NCBI GenBank assembly: GCA_964561855.1
Contig: CAZLQP010000004.1
Location: 1,341 to 65,340 of the forward strand
DNA length: 64,000 nucleotides
Direction: 5' to 3'
Source of the DNA: an uncultured Burkholderiales bacterium
GTDB taxonomy: Bacteria > Actinomycetota > Acidimicrobiia > IMCC26256 > JAGPDB01
Position numbers and translations under genes: made by a program. Positions within the stretch are counted from its first letter, which is position 1. Every line of letters begins with the position of its first letter. Of this stretch, positions 18,938 through 28,097 are shown one piece after another. Below the pieces are notes generated by a model. It saw only the letters and a list, made by a program, of their open reading frames with translations. It ran no database searches and was not told where the DNA came from.

Positions 18938-19576
18938 ATGACTTTAAAGGTTATCTCTAAGATTTGGTTCTCAATCCTTGCTCTTTCTGTTGCATGGGTG
19001 ATACCGGTCCAGGCGGTGTTGAATTTCCAGGAAGAAACCGGGATGTTTGCTGAGAATTATGCTCGGGTGTTTAATATGTTTTGGTTCTTTACAATTCTGT
19101 CTAATATCTTGGTGGGCTACGTAAGTTATCGAATTGTATTAAGTGGGGTCGAACAAGGTGCGAGGTTCAATGTTGCAAAGCACACTGCTTTAGTTGCTAT
19201 AACTGTTACGGGAATTGTTTATCATTTGCTCTTAGCTGCAGATGCGAATCTCAGTGGCCTAAATGTCGTTACCGACTTTTTCTTACATACTTTTATTCCG
19301 CTTGGTTATGTACTTGGCTGGATAATCTTCAACAATCGTGGTCAAGTGAATGCGAAGGTTGCAGGAAAGTCTTTGTTGTTTCCTATTATTTGGGCAGTGG
19401 CTGTCATGATTCGCGGACCGATTGTTGATTATTATCCATACAATTTTATGGATGTAAGAGATCTTGGGTATGCAGAGGCGCTTATAACCATGGGATTTGT
19501 AACTTTGTTTTTTGTAGCCTTAGCCTTCGGCTACTTTCTTCTCGACAAACTCTTAGAGAAAAGGTCCGTCCTCTGA
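18938..19576 (+). CDS. Integral membrane protein (FAR-17a/AIG1-like / Pr6Pr-like, tentative)
   Basis: Six hydrophobic helices. FWFFTILSN and DYYPYNFMD resemble that family as I recall it. The stop codon TGA (19574..19576) lies inside the left arm of the 19557..19645 palindrome. Confidence 0.55.
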   Translation: MTLKVISKIWFSILALSVAWVIPVQAVLNFQEETGMFAENYARVFNMFWFFTILSNILVGYVSYRIVLSGVEQGARFNVAKHTALVAITVTGIVYHLLLAADANLSGLNVVTDFFLHTFIPLGYVLGWIIFNNRGQVNAKVAGKSLLFPIIWAVAVMIRGPIVDYYPYNFMDVRDLGYAEALITMGFVTLFFVALAFGYFLLDKLLEKRSVL

Positions 19577-19645
19577 ATCTTGCGATAAATTGCACTAATG
19601 TCGCTAATACAAGTTATCGCAAGATTCAGAGGACGGACCTTTTCT
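19557..19645. repeat. Perfect 31-bp inverted repeat (family D, GGTCCGTCC core) acting as bidirectional terminator between convergent genes
   Basis: AGAAAAGGTCCGTCCTCTGAATCTTGCGATA (19557..19587) is the exact reverse complement of 19615..19645, with a 27-nt spacer. It overlaps the stop codons of both flanking genes. Confidence 0.85.
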
Positions 19646-20691
19646 CAGTCGTCGGATTTGGTCATGTGGAAGATGCCGGTTGCATTGCCTGCATCAAAAG
19701 CTAGATCGACGCTACCATCTTCTTTGTTTTTTCTAGTGATGAATTCAAAGAATGAGCCTGGAACTTCTTTATGCACAATCTCATTGTCATCTAATCTGAA
19801 ACTTCTAGTGATCGGATCTGCTTTGTATGCGGTCTGCATTATATTTCCTGTCTTAGAAACCTCGACAGTATCTTTCATTGGATAACCGAGTTGTTTTTGT
19901 TCTTCAGATAATGCCATTACGTCAGCAACTCTATCTGTCGCATGGTTAAAAGCATTTCCTTCAGTTGCAATCCAAGCCATTTCTGCAGAATGCTGTAACA
20001 GCTCGTTATAATCTGACAAAAGTGGTACAGGATGTTGACGATCAAAAGCGCGAGCGATGTTTTGTAAAAGATTCCCACATTTATTTCGTGGAAGGTATCC
20101 GTTTTCACCAATGAAACTCAGATCATCAAGAGTCTCTTGGTTAAGAGGATCGATTGATTCTTCAACAACATCAATTACAGCTTTTTCAAAATCATCATTT
20201 TCGAACTTGTCAGGATGAAGTTCACTCACAAAATATTGAGGTATCACTTGAGGATAATCAGCATGAGTGTAACTTCTACCTGTCATCTTGAGTTTTGTTA
20301 AAGGATATGTCTCATTGTGGAAATATCCGAGTGGAATTAAGATTCGCGTAAGCGATTCCTCTCCTACAGGTAAATCTCCGTTTCGTAGATGGTCTACTGT
20401 TCTCACTGCGCCGTGATCCAAAAAAATTGTTTCTCCCTCAGAGTGTTTTTGCTCAAAGTACTTCTGTGCATGAGGTACACGTTCGAGCAAATCAGCATAC
20501 AAAACTAGAAACAAAGAAAATGCGATATGGGCCCTTGAAACGTTCTCATCTCCGAAAGTACCAAGAGGTTCAGGGATCAGAATCGTTTGAGAGAATTCGT
20601 CGACTCTTTTGCCGCCAATTATTTCTCGGATGATATTAAAAACTGTAATGTCAGTGCTAAATAATGACATTTCGTTGGAACTGTTTTCCAT
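19645..20691 (-). CDS. hglS: DUF1338-family protein, 2-oxoadipate dioxygenase/decarboxylase (HglS)-like
   Basis: About 350 aa with the FLDHGAVRT metal-binding motif characteristic of DUF1338/HglS. Genomic context is other lysine-catabolism genes. Confidence 0.6.
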   Translation of the reverse strand: MENSSNEMSLFSTDITVFNIIREIIGGKRVDEFSQTILIPEPLGTFGDENVSRAHIAFSLFLVLYADLLERVPHAQKYFEQKHSEGETIFLDHGAVRTVDHLRNGDLPVGEESLTRILIPLGYFHNETYPLTKLKMTGRSYTHADYPQVIPQYFVSELHPDKFENDDFEKAVIDVVEESIDPLNQETLDDLSFIGENGYLPRNKCGNLLQNIARAFDRQHPVPLLSDYNELLQHSAEMAWIATEGNAFNHATDRVADVMALSEEQKQLGYPMKDTVEVSKTGNIMQTAYKADPITRSFRLDDNEIVHKEVPGSFFEFITRKNKEDGSVDLAFDAGNATGIFHMTKSDD

Positions 20692-20699
20692 GTTGATTC

Positions 20700-21797
20700 C
20701 TATTCGTCAGATGAATGAGATACAGCAACGCCATCTACATAGTAGCGACCAAATGTCGTGTTGATGAGTTCTTTATAAGGTATGTCCTCTTGTCTGATGT
20801 AGCCCTTATTGGGCAGAACTCCTTTAGAAACAAGCTCTATAACCGCGCAGGCACTTGCTGCTGTTGTCCAGCTAATTGCTCGCCAAGATTTACCGTGGAT
20901 TTCTCGAGCATGATATGCGCGAACAAAAGTATCGCGAAGAAGTTCTCCGTTGCGATGTCCTTCAACTGCAGAGTAAATGTAAACGACATCATCGGTGGTC
21001 TGTGGTTTTGAATTTAGAAGTATTTCTGCTACAAGTTCGCGTTTGTCTCTAAGAAGTAGTTCATCAAATAAAAACTCCATTTGCTTTGCATGACCAGGAT
21101 AGCGAAGTGTTTTATAGTCAAGACGATTGACTCTACCCTCATAGGTGTCGGTCATAGTTCCCAGACCGCCAGAAGTTGTGAATGCTTCGAGCTTGATACC
21201 GTTGATAATTACTGTTTCAATTTCTTGTAGCGAAGGAATAGTTTTCTTTTTACCGTCCCTTATAGCTTCAGCATCATTTAGATATTCGTTAACAATCCCT
21301 TCGGCGGACCAGTTAATTGCGTAACCTAACAATCCATGTGGTGCGCGAGGAAGAGCGCCTACTCTTAATTCGAGTGAACGTACATCATCGAATTCTCGCA
21401 TCATTGATGCACCGATAATTCCAATAAGTCCTGGAGCTAATCCGCATTGAGGTACAAGCGCAATAGGTGAAGATTTCGAGTTTTCAATTATGAATTTCGT
21501 ATGAGGTACATCCTCAGTCAAGTCGAAGTAATGTATTTTGTTAGCCATTGCTATCTTGGCGACTTCTGTATTTAGAAAATAAGGAAGACAAGAAATGACA
21601 GCGTCAAAGTCTTTTAAGTTTTTCTTCAAAGCCTTCGCATCTGTAACATCTACAGATTTTGTTTCAAAATAGAAATCCTCGCGTGGAGATTGATCGAAGC
21701 CAGTCACTTTAACGCCATTGAAGTGAAGAAGCTCTGCGATTAAAGAACCCACTTTTCCAAGGCCTACTACAGCCACATGTTGGATATTACCTTCCAC
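20700..21797 (-). CDS. Saccharopine dehydrogenase-family enzyme, likely L-lysine 6-dehydrogenase
   Basis: Rossmann motif VAVVGLGKVGSLIAELL and a length of about 365 aa. PQCGLAPGLIG and the C-terminal SDH-like domain are present. It is adjacent to an ALDH7-type dehydrogenase. Confidence 0.7.
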   Translation of the reverse strand: MEGNIQHVAVVGLGKVGSLIAELLHFNGVKVTGFDQSPREDFYFETKSVDVTDAKALKKNLKDFDAVISCLPYFLNTEVAKIAMANKIHYFDLTEDVPHTKFIIENSKSSPIALVPQCGLAPGLIGIIGASMMREFDDVRSLELRVGALPRAPHGLLGYAINWSAEGIVNEYLNDAEAIRDGKKKTIPSLQEIETVIINGIKLEAFTTSGGLGTMTDTYEGRVNRLDYKTLRYPGHAKQMEFLFDELLLRDKRELVAEILLNSKPQTTDDVVYIYSAVEGHRNGELLRDTFVRAYHAREIHGKSWRAISWTTAASACAVIELVSKGVLPNKGYIRQEDIPYKELINTTFGRYYVDGVAVSHSSDE

Positions 21798-21895
21798 AAA
21801 TACCTCTCTTACCTGGGATTACTACTAGGTGTCGTCCATAAAAGATAAGAGCTTTAGACTCTTTATTTAGTCCTGTAATATGACGAAAGTACACT

Positions 21896-23314
21896 ATGAT
21901 CTCTGATATTGCCACCATTTATGCCGAGCTAGATGCTCTATGTGGTCGCAAGCTCGACAATCAAGGCAATATTGAAGATCGATACTTAATCCCTTGGCGG
22001 GGTAGTAAGGGTTCTGCCTTGGCAGTTGTCGCGCCAAAATCGATAGATCAAGTTAAAGCCCTGATTCGTCTAGCAAAAAAACATGGATTGAAAATAGTTC
22101 CACAAGGAGCACGAACATCTCTTGTTGGCGGAGCGGTACCACCAGAAGATGGGACAGATTCACATCTGATTTTGTCGATGGAAAATTTTCGAGATGTATT
22201 GCGCTTTGATTCTGTTGAGAAAAAAGTTGTCGTCAGCTCAGGATATTTTTTGAGCGAGATCAACGAATATCTTGAGACTTACGGAGTCGAGGTTCCTATA
22301 AATGTAAGTTCTGATCCAATGGTTGGTGCAATGGCTGCAACAAACATTGCGGGCGCAAGAGTAATGCGATATGGGGATTTTAGAAAACTTTGTTCGGGAA
22401 TTGAAGTGGTCCTTGCTGACGAAAATGAAAGCATCTTCTCTTCTATTTCTAAGCCGGTGAAAGATAATTCTCATTTAAGTTTTACGTCTTTGTTTGTAGG
22501 CTCTTTTGGTCAATGTGGAGTAATAACAAAAGTTGAACTCGATGTTGTGCCCAAAGTTAATGAAACATTAACTGCTTGGTTGCAACTGTCAGATGAATGT
22601 GATCTATCTGAGTTAATCTCAATTTTGGAAGAAGATACTCAGGATTCTTTACTAGCAGTCGAATTGGTTTCAGCAAATGCCCTGACTGCTTTGAAAGATT
22701 CAGAGTTACACTCAAATTCAAATACGGTGATACCATTCGACGGGCAAAGTGATCTAGTCATGATCGAAGTTGGTGGAAGTGGTTACCAGAAATTTCTCGA
22801 AGAGATTTTAGAAACCAAAATATCTGAAGTCATGCAAGCACACTTAGTAGCTGATGCCCAAATAGTACCTTCAGATAAATCTTGGGAACTTCGGCATAAC
22901 ATTTCTGAAGCAGTGCAAAAGTCAGGAAAACTTGTCGGTTGCGATATTTCTGTGACGAAAGATAAATTTAATCAACTCAGAAATAGCGCTACCAAATTAA
23001 TACAAGAGATCGATCCTCAATATAGAGTTTGTGATTTTGGACACCTTGGCGATGGTGGTGTGCATATGAATGTTGTTATTCCATTTGGTCATGATAATGA
23101 GAATGACATCGAAAAACAACAAGAACTTCGTGGAGCTATTTCAAAAGTAGCAGTTGATCTTGGGGGCAGCTTTTCTGCTGAGCATGGCATTGGTTTGTTT
23201 AACATCGGTTTATATGATGAGTTTATTGAAGAGTCTGTCAAGTATCTATCTAAAGGTTTCAAATTAAGATGTGATCCAGAAAATGTATTAGGAATAAAAC
23301 AAGTCGAGTTGTAA
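21896..23314 (+). CDS. FAD-linked oxidase (GlcD / D-2-hydroxyacid dehydrogenase family)
   Basis: FAD_binding_4-type N-domain (VVAPKSIDQVKALIRLAKKHGLKIVPQGARTSLVGGAVP) and a C-terminal FAD-oxidase domain ending SAEHGIG. Confidence 0.8.
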   Translation: MISDIATIYAELDALCGRKLDNQGNIEDRYLIPWRGSKGSALAVVAPKSIDQVKALIRLAKKHGLKIVPQGARTSLVGGAVPPEDGTDSHLILSMENFRDVLRFDSVEKKVVVSSGYFLSEINEYLETYGVEVPINVSSDPMVGAMAATNIAGARVMRYGDFRKLCSGIEVVLADENESIFSSISKPVKDNSHLSFTSLFVGSFGQCGVITKVELDVVPKVNETLTAWLQLSDECDLSELISILEEDTQDSLLAVELVSANALTALKDSELHSNSNTVIPFDGQSDLVMIEVGGSGYQKFLEEILETKISEVMQAHLVADAQIVPSDKSWELRHNISEAVQKSGKLVGCDISVTKDKFNQLRNSATKLIQEIDPQYRVCDFGHLGDGGVHMNVVIPFGHDNENDIEKQQELRGAISKVAVDLGGSFSAEHGIGLFNIGLYDEFIEESVKYLSKGFKLRCDPENVLGIKQVEL

Positions 23315-23323
23315 GAGGGCAAT

Positions 23324-24913
23324 ATGAGTTACACAATACCTACAAGTCTAAAAACAAAGACACCGCCATCGACTTCTGCGATTGCAGATGAGGTGTTGGT
23401 AGTGCTCAAGAAGTTAGATATCGATCTAGCTGCATATGGATTTGAGATGCTAAAAGTACCTAATGCTAATCTTGGAACAAGTGACGGTAAAGTGTCTTTG
23501 CGTACGCCTATAACTGGTCAGGCCTATGCAACCATTAGTGCAACGACATCAACTGATATCGATTTGGCACTTAATGATTCTGGCAACGCATTTAAAGATT
23601 TCCGAGCACTCCCTGCTCCTGTAAGAGGAGAGTTCGTGCGTGTACTTGGAACATTGCTGCGTGAATATAAATCAGAACTTGGTTTTTTGGTATCTATTGA
23701 AGCTGGGAAGATAGTTTCTGAAGGACTAGGTGAAGTCCAAGAAATGATCGACATTGCCGATTTCGCTGTTGGACTATCACGTCAACTTTATGGCAAAACA
23801 ATAGCTTCAGAACGACCACAACATGCGATGCGTGAAACTTGGCATCCATTAGGGCCAGTAGGTGTGATCACTGCATTCAATTTTCCAGTAGCGGTTTGGG
23901 CATGGAATGCATGTATTGCATTTGTCTGTGGAGATAGTGTCGTATTCAAACCCTCAGACAAGACTGCAGTTTCCTCGATCGTGATTCATGAATTGGCAAA
24001 ACGTGCAGCCGCACAGTGTGGGATAAGTCAAGATGTGTCTCAATTAATACTAGGTGGGGTTGAACCTGCAGTTTTACTGGCAGAAGATGACAGGATTTCG
24101 TTGTTGAGTGTGACTGGTTCAGTTGCAGCTGGCGCTGCTTTGGCTCCGATTGTTAGCGCGCGTTTTGGGAAATCCCTATTGGAGCTCGGTGGAAACAATG
24201 CAATGATAGTAACTCCCAGTGCAGATCTTGATTTGGCTTTGAGAGCTATAACATTTTCGGCTGCAGGTACAGCAGGTCAGCGATGCACAACATTGCGCAG
24301 ACTTATTGTGCATAAGTCAGTTAAAGAACAACTAGTTGCAAAGTTGCAAAGTGCATATGACTCTCTTGAAGTAGGCAACCCACTTTGCGATTCGGTTTTA
24401 GTAGGTCCATTGATAGAAGAAAAATCACATAATGCTTTGACTGTTGCGCAAGAAAAACTTGGAGTTGAATCAAAAAGAGAATTCTTTGGTGATTTTGATA
24501 ATGCTTACTATCACCGTCCGACAATTTCTTTTGTTGATAAGAATGAAGAGTTGCTACAACATGAAACTTTCGCGCCTTTGCTTCATGTTGTTGAATATGA
24601 AGAGATTGAAGAAGCGATTGAAATTAACAATAGTGTTCCGCAAGGGTTGTCATCTTCGATCTTTACAAATGATGTGAGAGAAGCAGAATTATTTCTATCT
24701 GCTGTAGGTTCAGACTGCGGTATTGCAAATGTGAATATTGGGCCGTCGGGTGCAGAAATCGGCGGAGCGTTTGGTGGAGAGAAACAAACTGGTGGCGGAA
24801 GAGAATCTGGATCCGATGCTTGGAAAGCATATATGCGCAGAGCGACAAACACTGTCAACTACGGAACTGAACTCCCCCTAGCCCAAGGCGTCCAATTCAC
24901 TCCGGAGGACTGA
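23324..24913 (+). CDS. pcd: ALDH7-type aldehyde dehydrogenase (alpha-aminoadipic semialdehyde / piperideine-6-carboxylate dehydrogenase)
   Basis: ELGGNN and catalytic Cys GQRCT. The C-terminal [45 protein letters not shown] is nearly identical to the antiquitin terminus (...[43 protein letters not shown]). The last codons CCG GAG GAC TGA are REP sequence. Confidence 0.9.
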   Translation: [529 protein letters not shown]

Positions 24914-25618
24914 CCCTCCAAAAGGTTTAAAAGGGACTAATTATCCCTTGATCCACTTAGTTAGATTGCATAATCTTTTAATATGCCATCTAGAAATGCA
25001 ATTAAGTGTTATTCTTCGTATAGTTATTACCATATTTACAATAGAGGAATCGAAAAAAAGAACATATTCGAAAGCGCCGAAAATAAAGAAAAATTTCTCC
25101 GACTGGTTTCTAGATACTTGGACACCGAAAATACTGAATGTGATCGCGACGGTGTTCCGTACAGAAAGTTTAATGATCAAATTGAATTACTTAGCTATTG
25201 CATAATGGACAATCATTTTCACTTTTTAATTTGGGTAGCAGATGATGCTAGATCGCTAAGCGAATTCATGAGGAGTCTTGGAAGCGCCTATACGATGTAT
25301 TTCAACAAAAGATATGATCGTGTCGGTCCACTTTTTCAAAGTCGATATAAAGCCGTGACAATAGGGAATGACAGTCAGCTGCTTCATATAACGCGATATA
25401 TTCACTTAAATCCTGGCCCGTCTTCGTTCGAATATGCTTACTCAAGTCTCGGTCGCTATCTTCAGAAGAGTTCTAACGACGATGTGTTGAACTGCTTAAA
25501 TCCAAAAAGAATCTTGGAGTTGTTTGAAATTGGAAGCTACGAGGATTTTTTAAGAAGTGAATTGAACACTGAATCTACTTGAGTGTGAAATGTACCTTTT
25601 GGAGGGTCAGTCCTCCGG
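24902..25618 (+). mobile_element. RAYT unit: REP-associated tyrosine transposase gene flanked by inverted REPs (family A)
   Basis: CCGGAGGACTGACCCTCCAAAAGG at 24902..24925 and its exact reverse complement at 25595..25618 bracket the 199-aa Y1/HUH transposase ORF. Confidence 0.85.
24983..25582 (+). CDS. REP-associated tyrosine transposase (RAYT; IS200/IS605-like Y1 HUH transposase, COG1943 type)
   Basis: YHIYNRGIEKKNIF, HUH motif in LLSYCIMDNHFHFLIW, FMRSLGSAYTMYFNKRYDRVGPLFQSRYKA, and catalytic Tyr motif RYIHLNP. This is the canonical RAYT motif order. Confidence 0.88.
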   Translation: MPSRNAIKCYSSYSYYHIYNRGIEKKNIFESAENKEKFLRLVSRYLDTENTECDRDGVPYRKFNDQIELLSYCIMDNHFHFLIWVADDARSLSEFMRSLGSAYTMYFNKRYDRVGPLFQSRYKAVTIGNDSQLLHITRYIHLNPGPSSFEYAYSSLGRYLQKSSNDDVLNCLNPKRILELFEIGSYEDFLRSELNTEST

Positions 25619-26989
25619 GGCCTCCGGGAGGGTGGAGAGGATTAGGGTTATGTCTTGAAGGGTTGTTGTTGGGTTGATGATGCAGAATCGGATTACGGTT
25701 TCACCTTTGTGGGTTGTTGGTACGATAAAGGCAAATTCTTTTTGCATTAAACTTTCACACCAGTTTTTATAGTCTTTGGTATCAAAACCTTTTACTTTAA
25801 AAAGTATGACGCTCAACTCAGGTTCTATAACAAGTTCGAGTCTCTCATCGTTTTGAATAAGCTCGGCAGCTTGTCGAGATACATCAATGCATTGTGTGAC
25901 GGCTTGCTTAATTGCATTAGTGCCATGGACTGCCAGTGTAAACCAAAGGGTAAGTCCTCTAGCTCGTCTTGTTAAATGATGTGCATAGTCCGATGGATTC
26001 CAATCAGGAGTTTCGTGAATTGCATCAAGGTATTCTGCATCTTGAGCATGAGCTTTTCGCGCAACTTTGGGATCTTTGTATATCAGTGCTGCGCAATCGA
26101 AAGGGGAGAACAACCATTTGTGGGGATCAATAACGAATGAGTCAGCATTTTCCACACCTTTGAATAAATGCCTTGTCTTATCACACAAGATTGCTGCGCC
26201 ACCATAGGCTCCATCGACATGAAACCAAAAATCATGGTCTTTACATATTTCTGATGTCATATCTAAGTCATCAACATAGCCAGTATTGGTTGCACCTGCA
26301 GATGCAACAACTGCAAAAACTCTATCTAATTCTTCAGGATCAAGATTTTTTATAGTCTTTTGTAATTCTTCGCCAGTTAGGCGAAAGTTTTCATCGCCTT
26401 TTACTTTGATGACATCGATGTCCATTGCTTTAGCAGCTAGGCGAATAGATGAATGTACGCTAGGTGTCGCCAATATAGCAAGGCGCTTTTTCTTGTACTG
26501 AGGTTTTGCTTTTCTAAATCTATATCTTGCAGCAATTAAACCTGATAGATTCGCAGCTGTTCCTCCTGAGACGAATACTCCTCCAGATGTTTTGGGAAAG
26601 CCAATCATGTCAGAGATAAATCTCAAAGCCTGATTTTCAGCAGCGACAACTCCAGCGCCTTCGAGCCAAGTGCCTCCAAACATTGAACTTGCAGAAACCA
26701 CAAGGTCGATTAACGAAGCGGCATTTGCTGGGGCATTGGGTACAAAAGCTAGATAGCGTGGATGGTCAGTAGAAAGTGTTGCGGGAGCGACTATGTTTTC
26801 AAATACATCAAACGCTTTTTGTGGACCTAAACCGTCTTCGTTAATGACGCCTTCGAGTTTGGGTAGAAGCTCCTCTGCAGATACTGGAGTATCTAAAGTG
26901 GGTGGATCTTCTTTTAATCTTTCAATTGAATATTTAGCAATGCGTTCAGCAAGCTCATTAGCTTCATCGTCGAAATGATGTAAATCCAC
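25607..26989 (-). CDS. Group II pyridoxal-phosphate-dependent amino-acid decarboxylase
   Basis: 460 aa with GTG start. Motifs: SGGTAANL, HVDGAYGG, DPHKWL (PLP-lysine). The C-terminal ...EAPED* is encoded by the REP at 25595..25618. Confidence 0.85.
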   Translation of the reverse strand: MDLHHFDDEANELAERIAKYSIERLKEDPPTLDTPVSAEELLPKLEGVINEDGLGPQKAFDVFENIVAPATLSTDHPRYLAFVPNAPANAASLIDLVVSASSMFGGTWLEGAGVVAAENQALRFISDMIGFPKTSGGVFVSGGTAANLSGLIAARYRFRKAKPQYKKKRLAILATPSVHSSIRLAAKAMDIDVIKVKGDENFRLTGEELQKTIKNLDPEELDRVFAVVASAGATNTGYVDDLDMTSEICKDHDFWFHVDGAYGGAAILCDKTRHLFKGVENADSFVIDPHKWLFSPFDCAALIYKDPKVARKAHAQDAEYLDAIHETPDWNPSDYAHHLTRRARGLTLWFTLAVHGTNAIKQAVTQCIDVSRQAAELIQNDERLELVIEPELSVILFKVKGFDTKDYKNWCESLMQKEFAFIVPTTHKGETVIRFCIINPTTTLQDITLILSTLPEAPED

Positions 26990-28041
26990 TACTGACCTTT
27001 GGTGTCACGCTTTTTTGCTGCCAATCCAGAAAGAACTTCCCAGACAATTCGATGGGCGACGTTAATAGTCGTATCAGCAACGTCGTATGCTGGAGAGACT
27101 TCTACAATATCCATTCCGACCAGATTTGTTTCTTGAGCAATTCGCCTGACACTTCTCAAAATGTCATGAGGTGTAAGTCCTCCTGGTTCTGGTGTTCCAG
27201 TACCTGGGGCAAATCCAGGATCGACGGAATCAATATCTACTGAGAGATACAAATAGTCAGTCCCTTCTTTGGCTTGTGTAATAGCGGTCTCGAGAACTTC
27301 TTTTATTCCTTTATCCCAGATGTCTTGCATTGTGTGCCAACGCATTCCTTGATCTTTCATCCATTGGAATTCTTTTTCTCCAGGCCAGTAGCCCCGTAAA
27401 CCAACTTGAATAAAATTCTCACCTTTAACGACACCTGATTCAATTAGCCTACGCATAGGCGTTCCGTGACTGTAAAGGTTGCCGTCAATAATATTTCCTG
27501 TATCAGCATGTGCATCAAAATGAATCATGCCGACTTTGCCTTCGCCATATTTTCGTGCAACAGCTGTAACAGAAGGAACGGCCACTGAATGATCTCCTCC
27601 TAAAGTAACTGGAAAAATTCCACGTGAGGCTACTTCGTAGACACGATTTTCGATTGCTTGTCTAGACTCTTCCCACATTCCTGCAAAACATATTGCATCT
27701 GCAAAATCAACACACTTTAAATAATCGAAGATTTCTATTTCGAGATCAATATTGTATGTGCCTGGATGATAAGCGCTGGCTCTTAGAGCTTGGGGTCCAA
27801 ATCTCGCGCCTGGACGGTTTGAAACATTTGCGTCATAGGGTGCACCTACGATTGCGACGTCTGGAGTAAAACTGTCGAGATCTTCGCTCTCAGTCAGATA
27901 AGGAAATTTTCCGAAACTCAACATACCTTGATAGCTTGGAGCATCCAATTGGGCTTGCATGCCAGGCTTTATTAGTTTCTCGAAATCTGGAGATATGTTT
28001 TGTTGACCATTTTCGTTGGCATCAAATTCTTCTGCTGTCAT
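26989..28041 (-). CDS. speB: Agmatinase / guanidino-acid ureohydrolase (arginase family)
   Basis: Mn-binding motifs GGDHSV, DAHADT, SVDIDSVDPGFAPGTG. The stop overlaps the GTG start of the downstream decarboxylase by 1 nt. Substrate (agmatine vs another guanidino compound) cannot be decided from sequence. Confidence 0.8.
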   Translation of the reverse strand: MTAEEFDANENGQQNISPDFEKLIKPGMQAQLDAPSYQGMLSFGKFPYLTESEDLDSFTPDVAIVGAPYDANVSNRPGARFGPQALRASAYHPGTYNIDLEIEIFDYLKCVDFADAICFAGMWEESRQAIENRVYEVASRGIFPVTLGGDHSVAVPSVTAVARKYGEGKVGMIHFDAHADTGNIIDGNLYSHGTPMRRLIESGVVKGENFIQVGLRGYWPGEKEFQWMKDQGMRWHTMQDIWDKGIKEVLETAITQAKEGTDYLYLSVDIDSVDPGFAPGTGTPEPGGLTPHDILRSVRRIAQETNLVGMDIVEVSPAYDVADTTINVAHRIVWEVLSGLAAKKRDTKGQ

Positions 28042-28097
28042 AGATATAGATTATTCGACAATTTACAGGGCAAAGTGAACCATTAAAAACAGAAGTT

